Shown here: positions 29,096 through 38,795 of the stretch, one piece after another
Layout of the letters: each line of letters begins with the position of its first letter
Numbering within the stretch: position 1 is the first letter of the stretch
Source: a virus
Lineage: Duplodnaviria; Caudoviricetes
Length of the DNA stretch: 64,000 bases
Virus record (IMG/VR): IMGVR_UViG_2667527597_000005
Coordinates: 3,117-67,116 of that record
Strand: one strand, 5' to 3'
Translations under genes and position numbers: made by a program
The notes under the pieces: model-generated
Seen by the model: only the letters and a program-made list of their open reading frames with translations
Database searches by the model: none
What the model was told of the DNA's origin: nothing

Positions 29096-29463
29096 ACATG
29101 TACCTCGCTGATCTGTATTTCTACCTTCCCGCCCTTAGTCATAGGCATCCACTCCAATAACATCCGCTTTATCTGGCTGTCGTCTGCCCACACTCCGGCA
29201 TGCGTCAAGGCATCAAGAAGTGCTTTCAGGTAGTTGTCCATGTCCCTTATGCGCCGATCTGGTGGGTAAAAATTAATAGTTACGGCTACATGGCCAGTAA
29301 TGGCTTTCGGTACCCGCCGTAATTGCTCGAGTACACAAACCAACGCTTCACTGCGGTATTTGCGACCGTCGACACTGATTAGGTGACGACCAGCCAGCGG
29401 TCCTTTGTTTGGGGCGCGCCAGTAGCCATTAACTGACGGTGGGAATGGCAGAATGAGTTTCAA
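29092..29463 (-). CDS. rusA: Holliday junction resolvase RusA
   Basis: PFPPSVN, RDMDNYLK, DDSQI. Confidence 0.92.
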   Translation of the reverse strand: MKLILPFPPSVNGYWRAPNKGPLAGRHLISVDGRKYRSEALVCVLEQLRRVPKAITGHVAVTINFYPPDRRIRDMDNYLKALLDALTHAGVWADDSQIKRMLLEWMPMTKGGKVEIQISEVHV

Positions 29464-30173
29464 ACCATAACCCCGCTTTCCGGTACCGGAATAATTTCAG
29501 GAATATTTTGCGGTTGGCTTTGTGGTGCAAGACGCTCGGCCTCTCTGCGGATCTGCGCTAAGAATGCCGCGCCAGTAGTCATAAGCTGATCCAGCGAGAC
29601 ATAACTTGTTGCTGGCCCGCGCCACGTCTTATCAAATATCGCTATGGCGCCAGCGAAGAATGCACCGCTCGGCACCTGTTTATCATCTGCCGGAATAAAC
29701 CAGCGTGGGAGGTCGAAACCAACGCGACCGCGAATAAACGCTATGTGGTCGGCTTGCTCTGGCCACCAACTCTCTGACGTGGCTACTTTGATAAGAAATA
29801 CATAACGGCCACCGGCTTCACGCATTGCCGCTGTGTGCTGCATGATGTGTGTCATGCCAGTGATGTATTCACCTTCATGCTGTTTGGCGCGGGAATATGG
29901 TGGGTTGCCGAACGCAGCACCTTTAAGCTCTTTCACTCGTTCAGCCCAGTCTTGGACCAGCGCGTTATCTTCTGCCGTGTAGAAATCAGGGCATTTACTG
30001 TTTTCACCGTCGGAGAAAAGGTCCAGAACCAGCGGGCCAAACATCTGATTAATGCCCCAGAACAACGGATCGGGAGTGCGCCACTGATCGCCAACTTCTT
30101 TCAGCAAATGAGACTCAGCCGATTTAAGCGCCGTCAATGATTGGACATATTCGGTATTGGAGAAATCAATCAT
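29460..30173 (-). CDS. Phage N6-adenine DNA methyltransferase
   Basis: WRTP, LDLF, NPPY motifs. Confidence 0.88.
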   Translation of the reverse strand: MIDFSNTEYVQSLTALKSAESHLLKEVGDQWRTPDPLFWGINQMFGPLVLDLFSDGENSKCPDFYTAEDNALVQDWAERVKELKGAAFGNPPYSRAKQHEGEYITGMTHIMQHTAAMREAGGRYVFLIKVATSESWWPEQADHIAFIRGRVGFDLPRWFIPADDKQVPSGAFFAGAIAIFDKTWRGPATSYVSLDQLMTTGAAFLAQIRREAERLAPQSQPQNIPEIIPVPESGVMV

Positions 30174-31237
30174 GATGCAAGCCTCCGAAGTTCGTTCTCA
30201 CTGACCTGATCAAGTGCCTTGGCCCAGATACCGTTCCATTCAATTCGTGCGGAGGTTTCATTCATGCGACCAAGACCGCCAGCCATGGAAAGCGCTGTTT
30301 TCTCTACGGTATTTTGTGCCTTGCCGTGGCGTAATATCAGGCGGTCAAACGCTTCTTGTCTGGTCACCGTGTCCATCTTCGGCACTTTTGGTAGGTCGTC
30401 TGCCCGCACTTCTTTCACGGCCAGATAGCATTTTTCAGTGATCAGATAATCAAAGTTCTTGCGGCGCCACGTCTTACCCGATGATGTATCAGGGCGGTCC
30501 TCAAGCATCCAACGGCATTTCTTTGAGATGTAGCGCAGATAGGCAGACCATTTTTCCAGATTGAGATCGTATTTTTTCCAGAGAGCACGGAGCTTTGTTT
30601 GACGGTCTTTCGTCATATCCAGCACTCCGGGCATTTCTGGCAGCGTTGCGTGGTAAGCCTCCAGCACTGCTGAATAATCAATTTTTAAAGAATCAACTGG
30701 CTGCGGGTCGGTTGCCGTAGGCGACTGACCAATAGTCTTTGTATTTGACGGATCTTGTTTTGAAGTTAATGACGGATCGGGGTCAACCATTGGGGGGTTG
30801 TTTGGCTGACTTTTATCAACCATTAACCCCTCAATATTTGATAGGTCAACCGTTGACCCCTTAACTATTGACCCCTCAATATTTGGGGGGGTAGTTTTTG
30901 AAGGTTGCTTTTTCTCTTTGCGGTAGTGTTGCTTAGCCGCGCCAGCCGCTAGCTCTAACTTTTCAACATTGAGAATGTAAAGGTTACTTAAATTGCGACC
31001 ACCAACCTTGCGCTCTTGCTTAACCAGCCAACCTTCACGCTCGAGTTCATCAATCGCAGACGATACGGTGGTTTTACTTTTAGCCCCGATCTGCTGCTGG
31101 ATGGTTTCTACCGCTGGCCACGATACGCCCTCGTCATTACTGTAATCAGCCAGACGAGCCATAACAGCAACACGGGACAGAATTAGCCCCGCAAAGGCGC
31201 AACCCTCCCAAACTAGACCGTGTAATTTGCTGCTCAT
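30170..31237 (-). CDS. Replication initiation protein (O-like, N-terminal HTH)
   Basis: RLADYSNDEGVSWP; internal iterons. Confidence 0.85.
   Translation of the reverse strand: MSSKLHGLVWEGCAFAGLILSRVAVMARLADYSNDEGVSWPAVETIQQQIGAKSKTTVSSAIDELEREGWLVKQERKVGGRNLSNLYILNVEKLELAAGAAKQHYRKEKKQPSKTTPPNIEGSIVKGSTVDLSNIEGLMVDKSQPNNPPMVDPDPSLTSKQDPSNTKTIGQSPTATDPQPVDSLKIDYSAVLEAYHATLPEMPGVLDMTKDRQTKLRALWKKYDLNLEKWSAYLRYISKKCRWMLEDRPDTSSGKTWRRKNFDYLITEKCYLAVKEVRADDLPKVPKMDTVTRQEAFDRLILRHGKAQNTVEKTALSMAGGLGRMNETSARIEWNGIWAKALDQVSENELRRLAS
30780..30895. repeat. Iteron-like repeats (probable ori) inside replication gene
   Basis: Recurrent TCAACC and ACCCCTCAATATTTG units. Confidence 0.65.
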
Positions 31238-31449
31238 ACATCCACCTTGGAAAACTCAGCCCTGAACCGTCTGATAGGCTTTGATAACTCGCCATGCACA
31301 TAACCATCACGCAGGTAAATAACCTCGCCTGTGGTGCTGTCATAGCGAATGACGTGAACACGAACGCCACGCTTATCGTTGTAATAACGATCAAGTAATT
31401 GGATTGGGTTTGTAGTGGTTGAGCCGGGGTTAGTCATACGCGGCCCCAC
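31234..31449 (-). CDS. Small phage protein (DUF4222-like)
   Basis: DKRGVRVHVIRYD..VIYLRDGY. Confidence 0.7.
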   Translation of the reverse strand: MGPRMTNPGSTTTNPIQLLDRYYNDKRGVRVHVIRYDSTTGEVIYLRDGYVHGELSKPIRRFRAEFSKVDV

Positions 31450-31602
31450 TTACGGCGAACCGCACCCACAATTCCATTAGCTCTACTGTGGTTGCACGGT
31501 ACCCACCGGCCCTTTATCATTCGTTCATACCGGAACGGACTGACACAAACGCAACGCAGTTGCGGAATAGAACGTTTAGCCGCTACAATGTTCATGCGTT
31601 AA

Positions 31603-32133
31603 TTACTCCACACAATGTTTAGTTAATGCACCCGATGGTCCGGTGCCGCACACCGGGCCATCACCCCACAACAGCTCTGAAACCACGATAATCTCCGCAA
31701 TAATAGACTGTGCTCTATATCCTTTAGCTTTCAATCTCTTACTCTCGTTTCGATCTAAAATTCCGTCCGCTGTGAATTCATTATGAGCACGACCAAAATC
31801 ACCCAGAGCCGCCAGTAACTCATTAAATTTGATAAGTAATTCTTCATTACCGATATCACAAACATCTGGCAGTTTCACAAACACACCACCAGCACGCTTG
31901 CACATAGCTTCGGTAATATCGGAACGACCCGAGAAGAATTCCATATCCACGGCCATGCCTAATGGCACGACTTGCCCTGCTAGCTGACGCACCCGGTTAC
32001 GAAGCGCGTTATCAGTGCCATTTTGGGGATCAAGTGTTTTTGCCATGCCCTCATACTTGCCCGGAGTCTGAATAATCAGCTGGTGTATCGCGTCGCTAAT
32101 GTCTGGTTGGGTTGGAAAGTCTTTGTTATCCAC
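31603..32133 (-). CDS. YmfL-like regulatory protein (CII position)
   Basis: GGVFVKLP, DGILD motifs; follows cro. Confidence 0.75.
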   Translation of the reverse strand: MDNKDFPTQPDISDAIHQLIIQTPGKYEGMAKTLDPQNGTDNALRNRVRQLAGQVVPLGMAVDMEFFSGRSDITEAMCKRAGGVFVKLPDVCDIGNEELLIKFNELLAALGDFGRAHNEFTADGILDRNESKRLKAKGYRAQSIIAEIIVVSELLWGDGPVCGTGPSGALTKHCVE

Positions 32134-32425
32134 AATGTTTTTCCCTTTTGGTGGTTTTATTTAATTCAGCTTTTACAGATAGTTCCTCTTCGACCCGAAT
32201 TGTTTTTGAGTCAGGATGAGGAAAGAGATTAGGCAGGTCAGGGCGGATTTGATGTGCCTGCACCTCGCCATTGGTAGCTTCAACGAGAGACTTCACATTT
32301 CTCGGGGCTACCTTTGCTTTACCGCAAAGCCACTTCTGAACGGCAGCCTGAGTAACACCGCATGCTTCCGCTAGTCTCTTTTGAGTTCCAACAATTTGAA
32401 TTGCCGTTTTAATTACATTACCCAT
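32126..32425 (-). CDS. cro: Cro-like repressor (YdaS type; start MGNVIK)
   Basis: HTH, IRPDLP motif, divergent from cI, AGGTGA RBS. Confidence 0.8.
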   Translation of the reverse strand: MGNVIKTAIQIVGTQKRLAEACGVTQAAVQKWLCGKAKVAPRNVKSLVEATNGEVQAHQIRPDLPNLFPHPDSKTIRVEEELSVKAELNKTTKREKHCG

Positions 32426-32459
32426 TTTAATCACCTTTGTTGTATTTAACCGCAAATAT

Positions 32460-32525
32460 ATAACCAAGGTTGTTTTTAAGCAACAACAATAGTGGTTTGA
32501 CGGGGTATAACTAAGGTTGTATTTT
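32460..32525. promoter_or_regulatory. Prophage OR: three 14-bp 434-like operators with PR/PRM
   Basis: ATAACCAAGGTTGT 32460, ACAACAATAGTGGT 32483, ATAACTAAGGTTGT 32507; TTGACG -35. Confidence 0.75.
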
Positions 32526-32531
32526 GCGAGG

Positions 32532-33251
32532 ATGGGAATGACACTTGCACAAAGATTGAAAATAGCCATGCAGGAATCAGGGTTAACTCAGGCAGCATTG
32601 GCTGAGAAAGCTGGGGTTTCACAAGCTGCTATACAAAAAATTACGTCCGGTAAAAGCCAGAGCACTACTAAGCTACTGGAAATCTCCCGCGCACTCCACG
32701 TCCGCCCTGAATGGCTTGGAGAAGGAGTTTTACCGATGAGAGAATCAACTAAAACAATAAATCAGGAATCCAATATTCCCCCTGAAAATGAATGGGGAAA
32801 TATTACCCCTTGGGATAGCAATTGTCCCATTCACGAAAGCGAGGTAGAAGTGCCATTCTTACGTGATATTGAGCTTGCTGCTGGTGACGGTAGCTTTAAT
32901 GATCAAGACTACAATGGTTTTAAACTTCGCTTTTCGAAATCTACCTTACGGCGAGTTGGTGCTCAAAAAGATAATGTCATTTGCTTTCCTGCCCATGGAA
33001 ATAGCATGGAGCCAATTTTGCCAAACGGTACGACGGTAGCTGTTGATTGCGCAAATAAAAAAATTGTCGATGGAAAAATATATGCAATCAATCAGGACGG
33101 ATTAAAACGTCTTAAACTTTTATATCGTATGCCAGGAAATAAACTAAGTATCCGCAGCTTTAATAAAGCTGAGCATCCAGATGAAGATGCTGATGGGGAT
33201 ACCGTAGAAATTATTGGCCGCGTTTTTTGGTGGTCAGTTCTGGATTATTGA
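32532..33251 (+). CDS. cI: CI repressor (XRE HTH + S24 autopeptidase)
   Basis: HTH, AAG cleavage site, GNSMEP, LKRL. Confidence 0.92.
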   Translation: MGMTLAQRLKIAMQESGLTQAALAEKAGVSQAAIQKITSGKSQSTTKLLEISRALHVRPEWLGEGVLPMRESTKTINQESNIPPENEWGNITPWDSNCPIHESEVEVPFLRDIELAAGDGSFNDQDYNGFKLRFSKSTLRRVGAQKDNVICFPAHGNSMEPILPNGTTVAVDCANKKIVDGKIYAINQDGLKRLKLLYRMPGNKLSIRSFNKAEHPDEDADGDTVEIIGRVFWWSVLDY

Positions 33252-33318
33252 TAGCTCTCACTTCTAAGCAGTTCAATGAGGGTAGGAGTGTCATTCAACC
33301 TAAGATTTAAAGGAAAAC

Positions 33319-34476
33319 ATGAAGATATTCTCTGAGAAATTAAGAGCGCACTCTGATCACGTAAAAAAAGTGAGCCATCATTGTTCTACCGAAGAAACAA
33401 CTAAACAAGCATTAATCTTGCCAATGTTAGATATTCTTGGTTTTAACTCTTATGACCCCACAAAAGTTAAAGCAGAATATGGTGCCGACTTCCCTGGTGT
33501 TAAAGTAGGTGAGCGAGTCGACTATGCTCTATTTTGCCACGGCGTTCCTGTAATGTTCATTGAAGCTAAGGGCTATAATCAAAAACTTGATAACCATTGC
33601 CCTCAACTTTCTAGATACTTTAACGCGACACCTGAAGTCACCATTGCAGCTATAACTAATGGCACCCAATGGCGTTTCTTTACTGACCTTAAGCAAAGAA
33701 ATATTATGGATGCTGCTCCATTTCTACAGATTGATGTAGATGAAACATCGGACTCTGATGCCCATCAGCTCTATCAATTCCGTCATGACCAATTCCAACC
33801 AGAAGCACTTCGGACCTTGGCAGAAGAAAGCATTTATTTATCAGCATTTACTGATGTTATCAGTGATAGCTTAAGGAATGTCGATAGTGACTTTGTTCGT
33901 TATGTTGCAAGTCGCTCGAGCGTACAACGGCAGTTGAACCAAAAGTTCCTCGACACAATTACACCATTAGTAAAAATGGCAGTAGAGCGAGCTGTTAGTG
34001 CAATGGTTGTTTCTGGACTATCGATGGCTTCTAACAAAGACAAAGATATTGAAACCACACTAGCACCTGAGTTGAAGAAAATTGATGAAACAGCACCAGT
34101 CATAGACCCTGAAAATTCAAATATCGTTACTACGCATAACGAAAGGCAATTTTTTAGCAATATTCAACTTTTACTTGGTGAACAAGCGGATATTTCGGCA
34201 AAAGACACAGCTAGTTATTACAATATTCTTTGCCAAGGAAAATCAAACCGTTGGATTGTTCGTTATTTTGATAGCAAACAGCGCCCGTCGATAATATTAC
34301 CAATTGAATTAGATACAAAAGCTATCGCAGAAGTTGAGAGAGCAGGGCTTGAACTCGCTCCCGGCAATCAAATTATAATAGATCGTCCTGAGAATATTTT
34401 AAGATTGTCAGGGCTAATCTTGGATTCATACAATTATTGCATGGACGACGATAATTTTAGAAACAAGAAAAAATAG
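33319..34476 (+). CDS. Stand-alone HsdR N-terminal-type PD-(D/E)xK nuclease
   Basis: EETTKQALILP, VDY..IEAK, QLSRYF, TNG..WRF. Confidence 0.8.
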   Translation: MKIFSEKLRAHSDHVKKVSHHCSTEETTKQALILPMLDILGFNSYDPTKVKAEYGADFPGVKVGERVDYALFCHGVPVMFIEAKGYNQKLDNHCPQLSRYFNATPEVTIAAITNGTQWRFFTDLKQRNIMDAAPFLQIDVDETSDSDAHQLYQFRHDQFQPEALRTLAEESIYLSAFTDVISDSLRNVDSDFVRYVASRSSVQRQLNQKFLDTITPLVKMAVERAVSAMVVSGLSMASNKDKDIETTLAPELKKIDETAPVIDPENSNIVTTHNERQFFSNIQLLLGEQADISAKDTASYYNILCQGKSNRWIVRYFDSKQRPSIILPIELDTKAIAEVERAGLELAPGNQIIIDRPENILRLSGLILDSYNYCMDDDNFRNKKK

Positions 34477-34645
34477 TAGCCTAACTTCCCGACCCCTCCA
34501 GCGAGGAGGGGCGTATGACGCAACCCTGCCCCATAAAATCCTATCTAAACTCAGCATCATTGCTTGGTTAACCTCTAAAACATTCAAAAAAACACATCCA
34601 AATTCAACCTAATAAAATACAAAAAAAACCATCACACCATCAAAT

Positions 34646-34687
34646 ACAACCAAAGTTGTTGACACAAATACAACTAAAGTGTTTAAT
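34646..34687 (+). promoter_or_regulatory. OL operators and PL
   Basis: ACAACCAAAGTTGT and ACAACTAAAGTGTT flanking TTGACA-17-TTTAAT. Confidence 0.8.
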
Positions 34688-34792
34688 TGTTTTTATCAAC
34701 AGCGAACAGGCAGGACGCCCACGTAGTAGCCGCCGGTGGCATAGAAACACCGGATGATTCGCTTACAGGGTTAACAGTGTGGAGTAATCAGA

Positions 34793-35092
34793 ATGGAATT
34801 AGATAAGAAATCAATATGTAAAGTGTTTCAGGTTCCATCTGAAGCGCTGAAAAATATCGAAGCTGGCCCGAAGCCAGAACCGAAAATCATATCGGGAAAT
34901 CTGAACAACGAAGAATTGCTTGAGTGGATGGTGAAAAAGGTGAGTGCTGCACGTCAATTAAAATCAGCACTTGCTGAGCGTGATAGCTGCAAGCAAGCAC
35001 TGAGTGAAATTGAAGTCAGAATTTCACTGCTTACCAATTCTGCTGCTTTGGAATTGTTAAGTACAACTCAGGATCCCACTCATCTTCCATAA
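34793..35092 (+). CDS. Hypothetical early protein
   Basis: First ORF after PL, GGAG RBS. Confidence 0.6.
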   Translation: MELDKKSICKVFQVPSEALKNIEAGPKPEPKIISGNLNNEELLEWMVKKVSAARQLKSALAERDSCKQALSEIEVRISLLTNSAALELLSTTQDPTHLP

Positions 35093-35477
35093 ATTCTGGA
35101 AATGATTTTTTAGGTGTCAGTGAGCTGAAATCCCTAAGCACTGATATAACTTCTTCAGGAAGTCTCTCAGGGGCAAGCTCGCTTTGTAGAAGTAAAACAA
35201 TGTCAGCAAGTGATAAGGCTCTTATTTCGGACAAAGGCCATTTGTATTTTTGCAGCAAAAGATGCTCAAGCGCTTTTCGCCCCTCCAGAGGGTTCCAAAT
35301 TGTGCCATGTGCCTCCCTGTGGAGATGAAGAATTGATTCGAGAGCAAAGATAAGAGCTGAGCGATTTCTGCATTGAGTATGCTGCGGCTCAACAACGCTT
35401 CCAAATCTCGCAATATCGTGTAGAGCAAAAATTTTATTACTTATGATGTCGAAATATCTTTCACTGATGACTGACAT
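35031..35477 (-). CDS. Hypothetical phage-associated protein, antisense to early operon (start MSVISE)
   Basis: ORF with AGGGA RBS; 3' overlap with 34793..35092. Confidence 0.6.
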   Translation of the reverse strand: MSVISERYFDIISNKIFALHDIARFGSVVEPQHTQCRNRSALIFALESILHLHREAHGTIWNPLEGRKALEHLLLQKYKWPLSEIRALSLADIVLLLQSELAPERLPEEVISVLRDFSSLTPKKSFPEFMEDEWDPELYLTIPKQQNW

Positions 35478-35970
35478 AGCAATCCCTTCTTGGTTGTGTG
35501 AGAACTCCCAAGATACCACCGCCGCCTGAGGTGGAGAAGTAACCAGGCACACAATCGCATGAGCATTACACCGGATATATGGACAGCAGCTGTGTTACCA
35601 CCGCTGGCGGCAAGGTAGTTAGGTCGCAGAGCCTGCGTAACGGCCCACGCGTCGTAAGGTGGTCAAATGTAGTGCTCAGCCGATTGTGATTTGCCAAAGA
35701 GCTAGCCTGTGCAATTGCAGCAGCCGGAAATAAGCGCCGGAAATCACATCCTTGTTCCATTGCTGTGCTGTGTCTTTAGCGGCTGCGCCTGCCAACACCA
35801 GATTAGGCCAGCCGCCCTTTTCACACAGAGAAGTGCTCCGGGCGGGTTATCCCTTTAAACCCGTACAGTATAAAGCCCCCGGATCGGAGTGCTTCTCTGT
35901 GTGTGGAGTAACTAAATAACAATTATCGGTGCGGTGATAATTGCTAATAAACCTATGTGGAGTAATTAAC

Positions 35971-36879
35971 GTGAAACAAGCCCAGTTAAAAAATGCAATT
36001 ATTTTTAAGGCAACTCTGCCTGAAGCTGAATTACTTTCAGGTCACTTAAATGAAGTTCTATTTACTGCCATTGCCGAGAATGAAAAGAGCCGTGTTGGTT
36101 TTATTCCAAATATCATCACTGGCGAGCTAGTCACGCCGTTTAATGGTGGGCTATCGGTTTCACTACGCATTGATGAAAAAATAATGCCATCTCATGTTAT
36201 CAATAAAGAAGTAAACGAACGTGCTACTGTTATTGAATCACAAACAGGTAAAAAACTTAAAAGAGCAGAACGAAATGCCGTCAAAGATATCGTTATCTCT
36301 GAGCTGTGCAAAAAAGCATTTGTTAAAACTACTGTCATTAATGCCTATTATAATATCGAACATGCTTTTTTAATTGTTGCGACTGGTAGTAAGCCTTTCG
36401 CCTCCTTGTTTGTTTCCTACCTCGTCAAGGCGGTAGGCTCCATCAAGACTGAAACTATTCACATTAGTGATATCAAACATGGCCTCACCACTCGATTGAA
36501 AAGATTTACTAGCGACGATAAAGATGCTTTTGATGGTTTCTATATTGGCGACTTTGTTCAGTTATCACGTAAAGGTGAGCAAAACGAAGTTATCAAATAT
36601 GCCGCAGAAATTGACACTATAAAATCTGAACTCGCTGATAATTTAAATGATGGATTTATTGTTGACCAAATGTGTTTATGTACTGGTGACCTTTCATTTC
36701 TATTAACTGAAAACTTCTATTTCAAACGCATTAATACTCGTGATGATGTTGAATACGATGATGAGGATGATATTCCCTATCGTTGGAGACATGAAGCAGC
36801 AGTGCTTACTATTTTCTTGACTGATGTTATTAACCGACTGTGTATTTTGTTGAGTTATAAACCTACAGAAAAAGAATAA
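35971..36879 (+). CDS. rdgC: Recombination-associated protein RdgC-like
   Basis: GF.P, EKIMP..VI, KKAF motifs; GTG start with RBS. Confidence 0.8.
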   Translation: MKQAQLKNAIIFKATLPEAELLSGHLNEVLFTAIAENEKSRVGFIPNIITGELVTPFNGGLSVSLRIDEKIMPSHVINKEVNERATVIESQTGKKLKRAERNAVKDIVISELCKKAFVKTTVINAYYNIEHAFLIVATGSKPFASLFVSYLVKAVGSIKTETIHISDIKHGLTTRLKRFTSDDKDAFDGFYIGDFVQLSRKGEQNEVIKYAAEIDTIKSELADNLNDGFIVDQMCLCTGDLSFLLTENFYFKRINTRDDVEYDDEDDIPYRWRHEAAVLTIFLTDVINRLCILLSYKPTEKE

Positions 36880-36957
36880 TTAATCAAAGAATTACAAATC
36901 GCCCATTAATTGGGTGATTGGGTAACTGTTACCTAAATTCAGGCTGAGGATTACTTC

Positions 36958-37198
36958 ATGAATCCGATTCAATTTATCAGCAAAAACATTACACAACAGC
37001 TTATGGATGAGGGTTATTCCTTACCGGTGGCTCAGGGGGGGGGCAAATGAAGCGGTTGACCTATATCGCCGTGCCTCTCAGCCAACTACCCGCAGTCGTG
37101 GCATTTACGACGATTGCCTAAAGGTAGCTCTCAATTACGCAAAGATGAGCGGTGAAAAGGCTAAGCCGATAAAAACCGCCAAAAAGAAGAAAGCATAA
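36958..37198 (+). pseudogene. Small basic protein frameshifted in a G9 tract
   Basis: MNPIQF...VAQG joins GANEAVDL...KKKA only with G8. Confidence 0.7.
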
Positions 37199-37216
37199 AC
37201 CGTGGAGTTAATTTAA

Positions 37217-37750
37217 ATGTCATGCATAAAAACGTATCCAGATTTGCTGCATTTTGATTATGCAGATCCAAAAGAAAGCAGTATCAGCATTAACGATATA
37301 GCCCAGGGCCTTTCCAATGAATGCCGGTTCGCTGGCCATATCCCTTATTTTTATTCTGTTGCCCAGCACTCATGGTTGGTTAGCCAGCTTGTTAGTCCTG
37401 AATTTGCGCTGGAAGCACTGCTGCACGATGCAACAGAAGCATACTGCAAAGATATCCCCTCCCCCTTAAAACGCTTACTGCCCGACTATAAAGCCATTGA
37501 GCGCAGTATTGATTTGGTTGTCCGGAATAAATTTGGTCTTCCATCTGAAATATCACCAGAGGTTCACCATTTCGATCTAGTGATGTTGGCTACCGAGCGC
37601 TTAGAGCTGGATATAGATGATGGTGAGGTCTGGCCAATGTTGGCAGGAATTCCACCAGCTGATATTGCCATCTGCCCCATGTCACCTGGTCATGCCCGCG
37701 TTATTTTCTTGGCGCGCTTCAATGAGCTAACCGTGGCCACCCAATCATGA
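37217..37750 (+). CDS. HD-domain hydrolase (YfdR-like deoxynucleotidase)
   Basis: RFAGH, YSVAQHS, LLHDATEAY. Confidence 0.88.
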   Translation: MSCIKTYPDLLHFDYADPKESSISINDIAQGLSNECRFAGHIPYFYSVAQHSWLVSQLVSPEFALEALLHDATEAYCKDIPSPLKRLLPDYKAIERSIDLVVRNKFGLPSEISPEVHHFDLVMLATERLELDIDDGEVWPMLAGIPPADIAICPMSPGHARVIFLARFNELTVATQS

Positions 37751-37923
37751 TGTACGGCCTGTTTTTACTCGTCTGCTACACCTTCCAGCCGTGCCAATAC
37801 GAGCCGCAAGGCTACGTCTATCCGGATGATAAGAACTGTATAGCCGATATCCAGCAACAAGGTTTACCACCTGAATATGAATGCCTGCCAGTTGATGGCG
37901 TTCTCTATGCGAGGAAACAGTGA
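37747..37923 (+). CDS. Small Cys-containing protein (YebW/DUF1482-like), not in ORF track
   Basis: MMYGLFLLVCYTFQPC..NC..ECLPV, 58 aa, coupled to both neighbours. Confidence 0.65.
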   Translation: MMYGLFLLVCYTFQPCQYEPQGYVYPDDKNCIADIQQQGLPPEYECLPVDGVLYARKQ

Positions 37924-38795
37924 TGATTAAGACAATTACAGCGGCACCAGTTGAGCGTGATAACTGTGGGTTCTGGACTCACCCTGATTACTTTGAACCA
38001 GCAAATGGAAATGAATTTGGGGTTGAAGGTGAATTCGATGCATGGAAAGCGTTAAACCGCGTCGTCGGGAAACTGAAATGGATGGAGTGCGAAGATAATG
38101 CCGAAGAACTGCAGGCTGCATACGATGCTGGTAATTGCGATCTCAGAATGTGGCAGCCCAACCCACCAGCGGGTAATGGCTGGTTTCTCGCTTCTATTCA
38201 TGACTCAGAAGACGGGCCGGTTTGTTACTGGCTGCGCCCTATCGAATTAGACCCAGAAGCATTAGCTGCCCACTTCAACAATTGCTATGCGGAAGCATTC
38301 AAGACTGAATACTTGGTGGCAGAACGCGATGCTGCACTCAATGCTTGTTCACTGATTGCCGAGGCTTTGGGTATTACTGGTGCAGTAGCGGGTGACACCA
38401 TTGCTCGGGTGCGGCAGCTGGTTGGCGAGATGGCAGCGCTGTGGAATGAAAATTCCGTACCAGAAGTTAAATTGGGCCATCAAATGCAGTGCTGGGCCAT
38501 CGTCAGGCGTACCAGCACCTTTAACGGTAAAACCACGGTTAGAGTTGCCATGCTTCGCTATCTCAATATGCCGTTTGAAGAAGGTGATGATGAGGTTGAT
38601 TGGGCACTGCAAGACGACAACGGTGATTATTACAATGCCGTTGGCTGGCACTCATATCACGGCCATCCTGAATATAGTGATTATTATCGGGAAATTGAGC
38701 AAGAAGAGGAGGTTTTGGCTTGGCAGCCATTGGTGTATCCAGATCTGCCTCAAAGCTTCGCCGCCAGCCTGAGGGGTGAACAGAATGCAAAATAG
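37920..38795 (+). CDS. Mosaic phage early protein
   Basis: GFWTHPD / WFLASIHDSEDGP N-terminal module. Confidence 0.65.
   Translation: MMIKTITAAPVERDNCGFWTHPDYFEPANGNEFGVEGEFDAWKALNRVVGKLKWMECEDNAEELQAAYDAGNCDLRMWQPNPPAGNGWFLASIHDSEDGPVCYWLRPIELDPEALAAHFNNCYAEAFKTEYLVAERDAALNACSLIAEALGITGAVAGDTIARVRQLVGEMAALWNENSVPEVKLGHQMQCWAIVRRTSTFNGKTTVRVAMLRYLNMPFEEGDDEVDWALQDDNGDYYNAVGWHSYHGHPEYSDYYREIEQEEEVLAWQPLVYPDLPQSFAASLRGEQNAK

Noticed and set aside
35690-35750. Twister-like GCCGG..AAGC..CCGG ribozyme
   Set aside because: Could not build P1/P2 or the pseudoknots; resemblance superficial
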